Assembly: GCA_008080745.1 (NCBI GenBank)
Contig: SHMX01000008.1
Span: 46,224 to 78,223, forward strand
DNA: 32,000 bases
Direction of reading: 5' to 3'
From: Candidatus Thorarchaeota archaeon
GTDB lineage: Archaea; Asgardarchaeota; Thorarchaeia; Thorarchaeales; Thorarchaeaceae
How positions within the stretch are numbered: the stretch's first letter is position 1; each line of letters opens with the position of its first letter. The position numbers were made by a program, and so were the translations under genes. Below, in pieces: positions 1 through 8,665 of the stretch. Below the pieces are notes generated by a model, which saw nothing but the letters and a program-made list of their open reading frames with translations, was not told the DNA's origin and made no database searches.

Positions 1-1671
1 TCGAAGATGTTCATTCTTCTCCTTTACTTCTATTTTGACTTTCAAACCACGATGTGCCTTTTCCGCCTGTGATGTTACACCTTGAATAAGTTTGATAATA
101 TTCGATTGAACCTCCTTATCCATTCTATCAAATGATTTCACGAGTTGAGTCATTCTTTCAGCAGCGGCTAGCGCTGATTCTATCATTTCATTAGCTGTTC
201 CAGAAATATCAGATGAAAACATTTGGATAGCTTCAATATAGCCTAATACTACTTGTAAATCGTTGCCGACGTCGTGACGAAGAAGACTTGCATACAATTC
301 TGATTCTCTTCTTCTCTGTTCAGCTAAATCCTCCATGCGCTTCCTTTCAGTGACATCGATACAAACAGCAATGGTACCATTTACTTTACCGTCAGCATCC
401 TTAGCAGGGACAGCAGATATCCTGAAAATCCGAATTTCTTCATCTTTTCGAATCATCTCCATTTCATAAGTGGAGATTTTTTTCTTCCTTCGTCTTAGGG
501 TTTCAGTAATCAGTAATGGTAACTCTTTGGAAGGTACAAGGTCAGTAATTTTTTTCTTTACTAATTCCTCTGGGTCATATTGTAACATCTTACAAATCGT
601 TCTATTTGCAAAGATAATCGATTCATCCAATCCCACCACCATTAACCCTTCTGGTATGGTTTCAAGAAGGAATCTATATTCCTTTTCTCTTCTTTGAATT
701 CTCTCTTCTGTGAGTTTTTTGGATGTGACATCAATGAAGGTTGCTTGAATTGCGGTTTCTCCTTCATATTCGATTCTTCTAGCAAACATCTCAAGATATC
801 TATAAGTTCCGTCTTTGTGCAAAGCTCTTACCAAATAGTAGGGTGAAACATTTTCTCCTTGTAGACTCCTTCGAAATCTCCCAAAGAAATCTTCTCTTTG
901 TTCAGGGTCTACAAGTCCAATGATTTCTTCTGGAGAAAGCCCAAGTAACTCTTCGTTTGAAAAACCAAGTGATTTTGATATTGATGGATTGGCAAAGATG
1001 AAAGCTGGTTCAGGGCCCTTTATTACCACTATCCCTTGTGATGATTGAAGTACCAGATTTCGATATCGTTCTTCAGATTTCTTTAGAGCTATTTCACTCA
1101 GTTTTCTTTCGAAGGCCTCCATAAATGGAACAGTCAAGTTTTGAATATCTTCAACATCATGACCATCAAACTCTCTCTTATCATCAGCAAATGCAAAGAA
1201 ACCGAAGAGTTTTCCTGAGCGCTTCAACGGTATTCCAATAAAATGCGTGAGAATCAGTGGTGCGGCTGAGGATATCTTCTTTGGAGTTATTTCAGCTAAT
1301 TTATCATAAATGATTGAAACACTTTCATTACGAACTGGTTTAATGGGTGTGGTGACTTGGTAGATCATTGGCTGGGAGGTTTTTTCTAGAAATGAATCTG
1401 GGAATTTTTGTGATGATTGGGCCAAAATACGGATTTTTTTCTTCTCTTGAAACTGTGCTAATATGCCATGTTCACATTCTAATACGTTTATAATTACCGA
1501 GAGACCTAGTGATGCTACTTCGTCTAGGCTTTCACAATTGTTGGTTTCAATCAGAATATGATTTATCGCATCCAGAAGCTCATTTCTTCGCTGAAGCTGG
1601 CTGGTAGTGTCAGAGGGAAAATTCTTTTGATGATTTTCCTTTGTATCATTATTTCTAGTAGGATCTGACAT
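1..1671 (-). CDS. GAF-PAS-PAS sensor histidine kinase (3' end runs off the window; not in ORF track)
   Basis: Manual translation from ATG at 1671 (MSDPTRNN...), spot-checked across most of its length with no stop to position 1. It has a GAF region (HFIGIPLKRSGKLFGFFAFAD), two PAS/PAC units (RYRNLVLQSSQG...FIDVT; EYRFLLETIPEG...CIDVTERK) and the H-box ELYASLLRHDVGNDLQVVLGY. A GGGGA SD-like motif lies upstream. Confidence 0.9.
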   Translation of the reverse strand, partial: MSDPTRNNDTKENHQKNFPSDTTSQLQRRNELLDAINHILIETNNCESLDEVASLGLSVIINVLECEHGILAQFQEKKKIRILAQSSQKFPDSFLEKTSQPMIYQVTTPIKPVRNESVSIIYDKLAEITPKKISSAAPLILTHFIGIPLKRSGKLFGFFAFADDKREFDGHDVEDIQNLTVPFMEAFERKLSEIALKKSEERYRNLVLQSSQGIVVIKGPEPAFIFANPSISKSLGFSNEELLGLSPEEIIGLVDPEQREDFFGRFRRSLQGENVSPYYLVRALHKDGTYRYLEMFARRIEYEGETAIQATFIDVTSKKLTEERIQRREKEYRFLLETIPEGLMVVGLDESIIFANRTICKMLQYDPEELVKKKITDLVPSKELPLLITETLRRRKKKISTYEMEMIRKDEEIRIFRISAVPAKDADGKVNGTIAVCIDVTERKRMEDLAEQRRRESELYASLLRHDVGNDLQVVLGYIEAIQMFSSDISGTANEMIESALAAAERMTQLVKSFDRMDKEVQSNIIKLIQGVTSQAEKAHRGLKVKIEVKEKNEHLR

Positions 1672-1718
1672 ATGCTAGGTCCCCAGCTGATAGCGTGATT
1701 ATTTCCAATTAGTTTCGT

Positions 1719-1747
1719 AATAGTACAAGTGTCCCAGCTGTACTATT
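1719..1747. promoter_or_regulatory. 9-bp perfect inverted repeat AATAGTACA-N11-TGTACTATT (operator or hairpin)
   Basis: Seen in the intergenic gap between two kinase genes; function unknown. Confidence 0.35.
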
Positions 1748-1791
1748 CCTTTCCTTACAAAACTCGCTTTTCAATGATTACCCGATGAATA

Positions 1792-3633
1792 TCAAACAGA
1801 TATAGGTATCATAATTCTAAATGTCGCACCAAGACCTTCTTGTGGTGGGAGCAATTCAATAGTTCCACCTAATGCATGGATAATATTTCGGGATAAAAAG
1901 AGACCGAGACCTCCTCCACTGGTGGATGCACCTCTCTGAAAAAGTCTATCTTTAATCTCTCGGGGAACTCCTGGACCATTATCACTGACAATTATGCAGA
2001 CATAGTCCCCCTTCTTATTTACTGTAACTGTGACGATAGGCTCATCTCCAGCATGGGCAACAGCATTTCGATAGAGATTTTCAAATACCGCTGGGAGCAA
2101 TCTGCTTCCTGGAACCATTAGACCTTTCACTTGATCGTCAATGTGTACATTAATCTTCAAATCTACTTCTGCTTCTTCCGCTTTAGCTGAAACCTCTCTA
2201 ACCAGTTTCGCAATGTTCCTTTCAATCGAATCTCTTTTTCTACTAAATGCCTTGAGAAGATCTGACATTCTCTCACATACAGCTCGAGCGGAGCTTAGCA
2301 TCTCGTTTAGCTCGCTTGTATCCCCAACTGTAATCATCTCTATCATATCTATGTAACCTTGGATTAACTGCAAATCGTTACCAACATCATGTCTAAGAAG
2401 ACTGGAGTATATTTCCAGTTCTTTCCGAGTCTGTTCTTTCATCTCTTGATTTTTCTTTCGTTCAATGTATAATCCCAAATCAAGAGCAACTGCGTCTAAC
2501 AGATCCTTTTCTTGATCGAGGAAGGGGTCTGACTCGCTTTTTGGCAATCTTAATTCCCTAGGGTATATCACTTCGATTTTCCCGTGTTCTTCATTAAATA
2601 TCTCAATGTTTTTAGAGAGAAAATATTCTTCTGATCCTAATGATTGGATTTCTACATGGTATCCTTCAATAATGATTCGCACATTTGCAAGGTGAGGATA
2701 TTGAAGTGCCCCCTGAACCAGATTTACAACTTGAAACAGGACATCTTCTAGTGGTTTATCAGTATCAGATAATTCGTTCGTAACAGACCTGAGGCAGACA
2801 ATTTCTCTTGTAGTTCTCTCGAGTTCTTCTTTATCTCTTTTCCGGCCGAGATATCCACCAAGTGCTCTAGCTAGTGAATCTAACAGGTCTCTCTCTTGCT
2901 TTCTAAAGGGACCTTCGAACTCTTCAGGAAATTCTTCAAGTAAACATACTCGAATCTCTCCCACTTTTTGATTCATGATGTATACATCTGCTATCTGACA
3001 CCATTCTGTTTCTTCGAAGTTTTCAGTCTGAGCAGTAACACCTTCACAGGTAACTTTTGACGCAGTACTGTCTGGATATTGGTATGCTGATGGAATGAGA
3101 TGCGCAAGTGAATACAAAACTTCTTCTACCATTCTATTGGCGTCTGTAAGTAATTTCGAGCTCGAATATAGACATACCAATTCTCTGATACTTTGTCGAA
3201 GATTACTGGTAGTTCGCTCAAGAATTTCCAAATACTGCTCTCTTTCAGTTATATCAATGACTATTGCAATCGCATGGGTATCCGAGTCATCTGTGACTCT
3301 TGGGATTGAACTAACCCGTACCCATTTCTTCTCTTGGTTCTTGGTTCTGATACTTAATTCGATGCAGGATGAGGTACCCACAAAAAGTCCTTGTATTTTT
3401 TCTTGAACTAATTGTTGATCGTCCTCATCAATAATATCATGTAGTGATTTTCGTACAAGAGAAGGAATTGGTTCTCCAAGAATTGTAGCAAATGATTTGT
3501 TTGCATAGAGAATCTTAGCGTCTTCATCAATTATTACAACCGCCTCTGGAAGCATATCAAGTGCGTTCTGGAGATTGTTTTCACTTTTCTCTACTTGCGG
3601 ATTATCCATTGAGGTCGGTTTTTCTCCTTCCAA
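1792..3633 (-). CDS. PAS + two GAF-like repeats, sensor histidine kinase
   Basis: N-terminal PAS (LDMLPEAVVIIDEDAKILYAN), two repeated ~120-aa modules, H-box LLRHDVGNDLQ, N-box FENLYRNA, G1 SDNGPG, G2 GGGLGL. TTG start with GGGGA SD. Confidence 0.92.
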   Translation of the reverse strand: MEGEKPTSMDNPQVEKSENNLQNALDMLPEAVVIIDEDAKILYANKSFATILGEPIPSLVRKSLHDIIDEDDQQLVQEKIQGLFVGTSSCIELSIRTKNQEKKWVRVSSIPRVTDDSDTHAIAIVIDITEREQYLEILERTTSNLRQSIRELVCLYSSSKLLTDANRMVEEVLYSLAHLIPSAYQYPDSTASKVTCEGVTAQTENFEETEWCQIADVYIMNQKVGEIRVCLLEEFPEEFEGPFRKQERDLLDSLARALGGYLGRKRDKEELERTTREIVCLRSVTNELSDTDKPLEDVLFQVVNLVQGALQYPHLANVRIIIEGYHVEIQSLGSEEYFLSKNIEIFNEEHGKIEVIYPRELRLPKSESDPFLDQEKDLLDAVALDLGLYIERKKNQEMKEQTRKELEIYSSLLRHDVGNDLQLIQGYIDMIEMITVGDTSELNEMLSSARAVCERMSDLLKAFSRKRDSIERNIAKLVREVSAKAEEAEVDLKINVHIDDQVKGLMVPGSRLLPAVFENLYRNAVAHAGDEPIVTVTVNKKGDYVCIIVSDNGPGVPREIKDRLFQRGASTSGGGLGLFLSRNIIHALGGTIELLPPQEGLGATFRIMIPISV

Positions 3634-3731
3634 GTTTCAATCCCCTTAGTAGATTAATTATTTCTATTTCTCGTTTGGTCACTAAGAGTCTACGGGATTT
3701 AAAGCAGATAAACCAATCCGCTACGGGCATT

Positions 3732-5156
3732 TCAAATGGGTAAAATAATTTTGAACACAGCACCTTCTGACTTCTGAAGCTCAATAGTTCCATTGAGACT
3801 TTCGATAATTTGTTTTGTGAGGTAGAGGCCTAGACCACCACCTCTGGTAGATACACCCTTATTGAACAGCTTCTTTCTGATACTTGGATCTACCCCGGGA
3901 CCGTCATCAGAAACAATGATTTGAAGAGTTTTATCCACTTTTGTACAATGTACTTTCACTGTAGGGGTTTCTCCCGCATGCATAGCTGCATTTCTGAACA
4001 GATTGACAAAAGCCACTGGTAATAATCTGGATGATGGAGCTTTGATTCCTCTCACCGCTTCATCACAGATCACTTCAATTTTGAGGTTGGCATTTGCTTT
4101 CTCAGATTGTTCTGCGATAGATTCGAGAAGTAGACATATTTTCTCATCATACATGTCTTTCATTGGTGTAAATGTCTGAAGCAAGTTAGCCATCTGTTTT
4201 CCTATTGCTAGAGATTGAAGAAGTCTTTCTTGTGATATATTGTCTTCTTCAGGCAGTGAGTCTAGAGTTAGTTCTACATAACCCAATACTATCTGTAAAT
4301 CCGAAGTGAGATCATGGCGCATTATAGATGTGTATAGTTCCAGCTCTCTTTCATATTGTTTTTGAACATCTTCATGATGTTTTCTTTCAGATATATCCCG
4401 TAAAAACGACATGAATAATACTTGTTCTGGAGTGTGAAGATGACCAAGAGATATCTCTACAGGTATCCTCTTTCCTTCTTTAGTAAAGATAGTTCTCTCA
4501 AAAACATCTGATTCAAAGCCCTCTTTTTGCTGATAAACAGGATGTCTAGGATGGGTTCGTTCTTCTGGAGCAACTAGGTTCCTACTGTTCATACCAAGAA
4601 GCTCATTCCGGGAATAACCAAATAAGTCACAAGCTGCTTGATTTGCTTGAATGATGATTTCATCTGAGGTTTCAATAGTTATTGCTTCTTGTGCTCCCTC
4701 AAAAAGGAGTTTGTATCTCTTTTGACTGACTTCAAGAGCTTTTTTAGCGGTTTTTTCATCCGTGATATCATCTACAATACCTACAGTTCCAGTAATCTCG
4801 CCTTCGGAATTCCTCCAGGGTGCTGCGGATACTCTCAGAATTCTGCATTCTCCATTCTTACGGGTCATAGACAATTCATATACTGACGGATTGCCCTCTA
4901 TCCTCTGACTGGTTTGACTCTCAATCTCTTGAGTATATTCTGTGTCGATAAAATCAAAAATACTGTTACCAATCAATTCCTCTATTTCATACCCCATCAC
5001 ATTTGCCATATGCTCGTTAACAAAAATAAACTCCTCTTGGAGATTGACAATTGCTATACCTCGTGGTAGAGATGTTACTGCCTGCCATACTGACTTAAGG
5101 TCGGCATTCAAGAGTTTTCTTAACTCGTCAACTGATATTTCCGGTTTATGTTTCAT
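3732..5156 (-). CDS. PAS-PAS sensor histidine kinase
   Basis: Two PAS/PAC domains, H-box IMRHDLTSDLQ, N-box FVNLFRNA, G1 SDDGPG, G2 GGGLGL. Start moved from 5198 to ATG 5156 (MKHKPE), which has GGAG upstream. Confidence 0.92.
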   Translation of the reverse strand: MKHKPEISVDELRKLLNADLKSVWQAVTSLPRGIAIVNLQEEFIFVNEHMANVMGYEIEELIGNSIFDFIDTEYTQEIESQTSQRIEGNPSVYELSMTRKNGECRILRVSAAPWRNSEGEITGTVGIVDDITDEKTAKKALEVSQKRYKLLFEGAQEAITIETSDEIIIQANQAACDLFGYSRNELLGMNSRNLVAPEERTHPRHPVYQQKEGFESDVFERTIFTKEGKRIPVEISLGHLHTPEQVLFMSFLRDISERKHHEDVQKQYERELELYTSIMRHDLTSDLQIVLGYVELTLDSLPEEDNISQERLLQSLAIGKQMANLLQTFTPMKDMYDEKICLLLESIAEQSEKANANLKIEVICDEAVRGIKAPSSRLLPVAFVNLFRNAAMHAGETPTVKVHCTKVDKTLQIIVSDDGPGVDPSIRKKLFNKGVSTRGGGLGLYLTKQIIESLNGTIELQKSEGAVFKIILPI

Positions 5157-5362
5157 ACTGGCCAATCTCCAGATATAGGAGCATAGCCTTCCCACCACAT
5201 GATTGAACTCCCTTGTCTATGTTTCTTAGATTATTAGTTATCAATGTTGTCGAAGTTTTTCGTTGTGGGCTGGTATCATTTCACCTTATTTCCTATATCA
5301 AGGTGTTTGTGTTCAATATTGTGCTCTTTCCCTACTCCTTTTATTTAGGTTATTTGAAAGAA

Positions 5363-6715
5363 ATGCCCATGAGAACTCTCAAAAAAATGGGTTATAGTGT
5401 TGGTAGTATTACTGCTACTCTTCCACAATATATGATTCAGACGTACATCTTCATCCATTACTTAACTCGTCTTCATATGAATGAGTTCTGGCTTGCTGGC
5501 GCTTTATCCATTTGGGCCGTATGGAATGCTGTAAATGATCCCATTTTCGGATATCTATCTGACAAAACTAGAACACGGTTTGGTAAAAGAGTACCTTGGA
5601 TTGCTATATTCGCAGTACCTTTAGCTTTGACCACTTATCTTGTATTTGCTCCTCCAGGTGATGCTTTTTCGTTGGGCAATCTTTCTCTCTTTGTCTGGTT
5701 GACAGTCACAATTATTCTCTACGACACTTGTTATACTATTGTAGTTCTTAATTGGACATCTCTATTTCCGGAGATGTTCACAAGCAATGAAGAGAGGTCT
5801 CAAGTTTCAGTTATTCGTCAGATCTTCTCTATCTTTGGTCTCATCGCAGGAACAGTAATCCCTGCAATTCTTGCTTCTACTATTGGATGGGGTACAGTAG
5901 CATTGGCTATTGGTCTTGTAGCAGCAATCTTTGCATTCCTCTCTCTTTCTGGTGTTGAAGAACGGGAAGAGTTCGCAAAAGAAGAACCACTACCAGTTAT
6001 TCAATCAATGAAGCACACTTTTTCGAATAGATCGTTTCTAATATTTGTGCTATACAATTTCTTTGTGCAGTATGTTATTGCAGTTGTAATGGGTGCTTTA
6101 CCCTTCTTTGCTAAGTATGTTCTCTATGTTGACCTCTCATTGATATTTCTGACAGCATTCATCTCTGCAATTCTTTTCTTTGCCATCTGGAACAAAATGA
6201 TTGTGGAAAAAGGACCTCGAACAACAGCCATTCTAACCATGTTCTGGGTCGGGGTTTCGCTAATAGGTATCATCTATGTTAACGACCTCGTAACAGCACT
6301 GATTGTGATTGCCATAGCAGGAATGGGTGTTGGAGGATTTATGATCTTACCAGACATTCTCATCTCGTTTGCAATAGACCATGATGAAATACAGACAGGT
6401 GTTAGACGTGAGGGGGCATATTTTGGTTTCAATGCTTTTGTCATGAGGTTCGCAATTGTGGCCCAGGCATGGACCTACTCGCTTTTACTGTATGCATCAG
6501 GTTTTGATGAAACTCTACCTGTTCAGCCTGATAGTGCTATCTTTGCCCTGAGAATGCTTCTCTCTGTTATTCCCCTAATTGCTGCTATAGTCGGTGCAAT
6601 AATTATCTCTCAGTATCCATATCATGGAGAGAATCTCGAACGAATCCAACGAGAAATTGCACTTCTTCATATTGAGAAAAAGGGAAAACTTGAAGGCGAC
6701 AAAACGACTTCGTAG
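5363..6715 (+). CDS. MFS transporter, glycoside-pentoside-hexuronide (MelB/GPH) family
   Basis: About 12 hydrophobic segments, motifs WNAVNDPIFGYLSDKTRTRFGKRVPW and DHDEIQTGVRREGAYFG. ORF track start is 5213; likely start is ATG 5363 or 5369. Confidence 0.88.
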   Translation: MPMRTLKKMGYSVGSITATLPQYMIQTYIFIHYLTRLHMNEFWLAGALSIWAVWNAVNDPIFGYLSDKTRTRFGKRVPWIAIFAVPLALTTYLVFAPPGDAFSLGNLSLFVWLTVTIILYDTCYTIVVLNWTSLFPEMFTSNEERSQVSVIRQIFSIFGLIAGTVIPAILASTIGWGTVALAIGLVAAIFAFLSLSGVEEREEFAKEEPLPVIQSMKHTFSNRSFLIFVLYNFFVQYVIAVVMGALPFFAKYVLYVDLSLIFLTAFISAILFFAIWNKMIVEKGPRTTAILTMFWVGVSLIGIIYVNDLVTALIVIAIAGMGVGGFMILPDILISFAIDHDEIQTGVRREGAYFGFNAFVMRFAIVAQAWTYSLLLYASGFDETLPVQPDSAIFALRMLLSVIPLIAAIVGAIIISQYPYHGENLERIQREIALLHIEKKGKLEGDKTTS

Positions 6716-6728
6716 TGGTTGTGATGCT

Positions 6729-7451
6729 GTGAAATCAACCCGGACAACAAAGATACGTAAATACTCAGACGAATCAGTTCATGAAGAACGTGACATAATC
6801 GTTAACGAACAAATTGTGGAAATTCGTACTTCTGAAAGGCAGCTGGGAGTATTAAGAACTAGTCCTGGTCTTGAAGAATATCTTGCACTTGGATTTATTC
6901 TATCTATGGGTCATTGGCCCTTATCCAATCATTATCCCGAAGTTATTCGTCAAGACGATTATGTTCTAGTAATTCTAGATGAGGCCAGTATAGAAGATCA
7001 TATTCGGGATATTGACGATATCTTTCCCCTTGAAAGTGACCTTATTCTAACAATAGATGACATTCAGGAACAACTAGACTACATTCTTGAAAAACAGACA
7101 ATCTATCAGAAGACTAGTGGTACATTCTCAGCACTATTGGTTGACACCATTGAGTACAAGAAATACTTCGCGGAAGACATCAATCAATATGCAGCCATTG
7201 ACAAGGTGATTGGAATGGGTCTTGCAAACGGGATACAATTTCCTGCAAGTTATCTTCTTATTACAGGTCCTATGCCACGTGATATCGTAGAGCGTTGTAT
7301 ATGGGTTGAAATTCCATTGTTAGGGTCAAGTTCTGTTGCGAGTGACAAAGGCATTCAGGCTGCTGAAACCTTCAATATCACTCTTCTTGGTTCAATTCAA
7401 TCTGGTTCATTTTCAATGTATAATCAGGGAGCAGTGCGAATAGGGGAATAA
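6729..7451 (+). CDS. fdhD: FdhD/NarQ-family protein, degenerate (lacks CxxC loop and GRHN motif)
   Basis: Pattern SPGLEEYLALGF..S.G, KTSG, EDI...AIDKVIG, ITLLG matches the FdhD fold consensus. GTG start at 6729 lies 13 nt after the MFS stop (ORF track start 6624). Confidence 0.8.
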   Translation: MKSTRTTKIRKYSDESVHEERDIIVNEQIVEIRTSERQLGVLRTSPGLEEYLALGFILSMGHWPLSNHYPEVIRQDDYVLVILDEASIEDHIRDIDDIFPLESDLILTIDDIQEQLDYILEKQTIYQKTSGTFSALLVDTIEYKKYFAEDINQYAAIDKVIGMGLANGIQFPASYLLITGPMPRDIVERCIWVEIPLLGSSSVASDKGIQAAETFNITLLGSIQSGSFSMYNQGAVRIGE

Positions 7452-7465
7452 ATCTCTAAGAGAGC

Positions 7466-8653
7466 TTATTCTCCCTCAGTTTCTTCATTAGGATATTTCT
7501 CGTCAACAAAATCTGGTTCCCCTCCCTCAGGGAGAACACCTTTACCAACTAAAGCTGAATGGAGTACAGGTGATGTGAGAAATATTTTTGGAATTATCAT
7601 TTTCTTTGCATCAAAGTCTAGCGCAACTCTGATTTTGAAGAGACTATTCTTTTGTCTATCAAAGAGGTATTTTGCATCAGCAAGTAAGACCACTTGAGAG
7701 TTCGAGTAACTCTCATTTTCCAGACTCACAAGTCTTGTTCCAATTTCTGGTCCCAATAACCAGAGCTTCCAGCTCCTCCGTCCTCGCTTGAAAAGGAGAA
7801 GTAAATCCTTCACAATTTTAGCTGATACCATTTCTTTTGCTGTGTCTGGAAAGTCAAGGCCCTGTGGAAGAGTCGATCTTTCTATATATGGGCGAAGGAC
7901 TGCTATTGGATTTTCCTCATTTTCTTCATCACCATAGATTACATCAACAAAAGGATCCCACGTAAGTTTCAATCCTGCATCAGTTTCATACCATAATCCT
8001 GTTTTCCGTGGATATCTGATGAGATTTCGAACATTTCTAGTGTTAGTTTCTCTCATCTCGAATAGTATTTCATCATCATCAGGTCTATGAAAACGAGCTA
8101 TGTATTCGTAATCTCCTGCAGATAATGATATCTTGGTATGAATGTAACCTTCTTCTTTTGAAGCGATGTCCTCCAGTATTCGAGTCACAGTAGTTTCGAT
8201 GTCTTTGGAACTTGGTATGTCCTTCATGCTGATTTTAGATTGTGCTGAATCACTCCAAATTTTAACCCATAAGATTGGGTATGTTTTTGTTCCATTGGAG
8301 AAACCATACTCGATTTTTCCCCATGGTGTCCATATACCGTCATTCTCATCTGGAGCTTGTAACCAGATGTATTCCTTCTCATCATAATTTGCAAGCATTA
8401 GATTGATTCTATCTTCTCCCAGCATTTCAGATGCCATTTCACTCAAGACATCATATCTGATAGAACCCCAAAACCATCCGAATCGAAGATCTTTCCAACC
8501 CGTTAGACGAAAAAGTCCTGCGTGACAGTGACCTTTTTCATTAGTCTGGATCACCAACCAGTTTTCGGAATCCCCAGTTTCTTCGTCAATGGAGGTAACT
8601 AGTTGTCCATATCGAATATTTGATAGCTTCTTAGGCTTCTTGGTTTCTCCCAT
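7466..8653 (-). CDS. hypothetical protein (395 aa, soluble, Trp-rich, acidic C-terminus)
   Basis: Long ORF with a GGTG SD, starting 12 nt after the stop of the upstream surface protein; no family recognised. Confidence 0.7.
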   Translation of the reverse strand: MGETKKPKKLSNIRYGQLVTSIDEETGDSENWLVIQTNEKGHCHAGLFRLTGWKDLRFGWFWGSIRYDVLSEMASEMLGEDRINLMLANYDEKEYIWLQAPDENDGIWTPWGKIEYGFSNGTKTYPILWVKIWSDSAQSKISMKDIPSSKDIETTVTRILEDIASKEEGYIHTKISLSAGDYEYIARFHRPDDDEILFEMRETNTRNVRNLIRYPRKTGLWYETDAGLKLTWDPFVDVIYGDEENEENPIAVLRPYIERSTLPQGLDFPDTAKEMVSAKIVKDLLLLFKRGRRSWKLWLLGPEIGTRLVSLENESYSNSQVVLLADAKYLFDRQKNSLFKIRVALDFDAKKMIIPKIFLTSPVLHSALVGKGVLPEGGEPDFVDEKYPNEETEGE

Positions 8654-8665
8654 TGAAATACACCA

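Noticed and set aside
470-697. 75-aa plus-strand ORF and similar short ORFs antisense to kinase genes (2141-2356, 3095-3406, 4689-4886, 4942-5178, 17768-17971, 18944-19201, 23927-24142)
   Set aside because: They lie entirely opposite well-supported genes and show the Ser/Leu/Ile-rich composition of shadow ORFs.
3561-3793. ORFs 3561-3743 (+) and 3602-3793 (-) spanning the kinase intergenic gap
   Set aside because: They overlap both flanking kinases, have no motif and no convincing SD.
5213-5362. N-terminal extension of the MFS ORF; likewise the extensions at 6624-6728, 20263-20310, 24595-24726 and 28335-28403
   Set aside because: Family similarity begins at downstream starts, several with better SD support. 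The extensions overlap neighbouring genes or probable promoter space.
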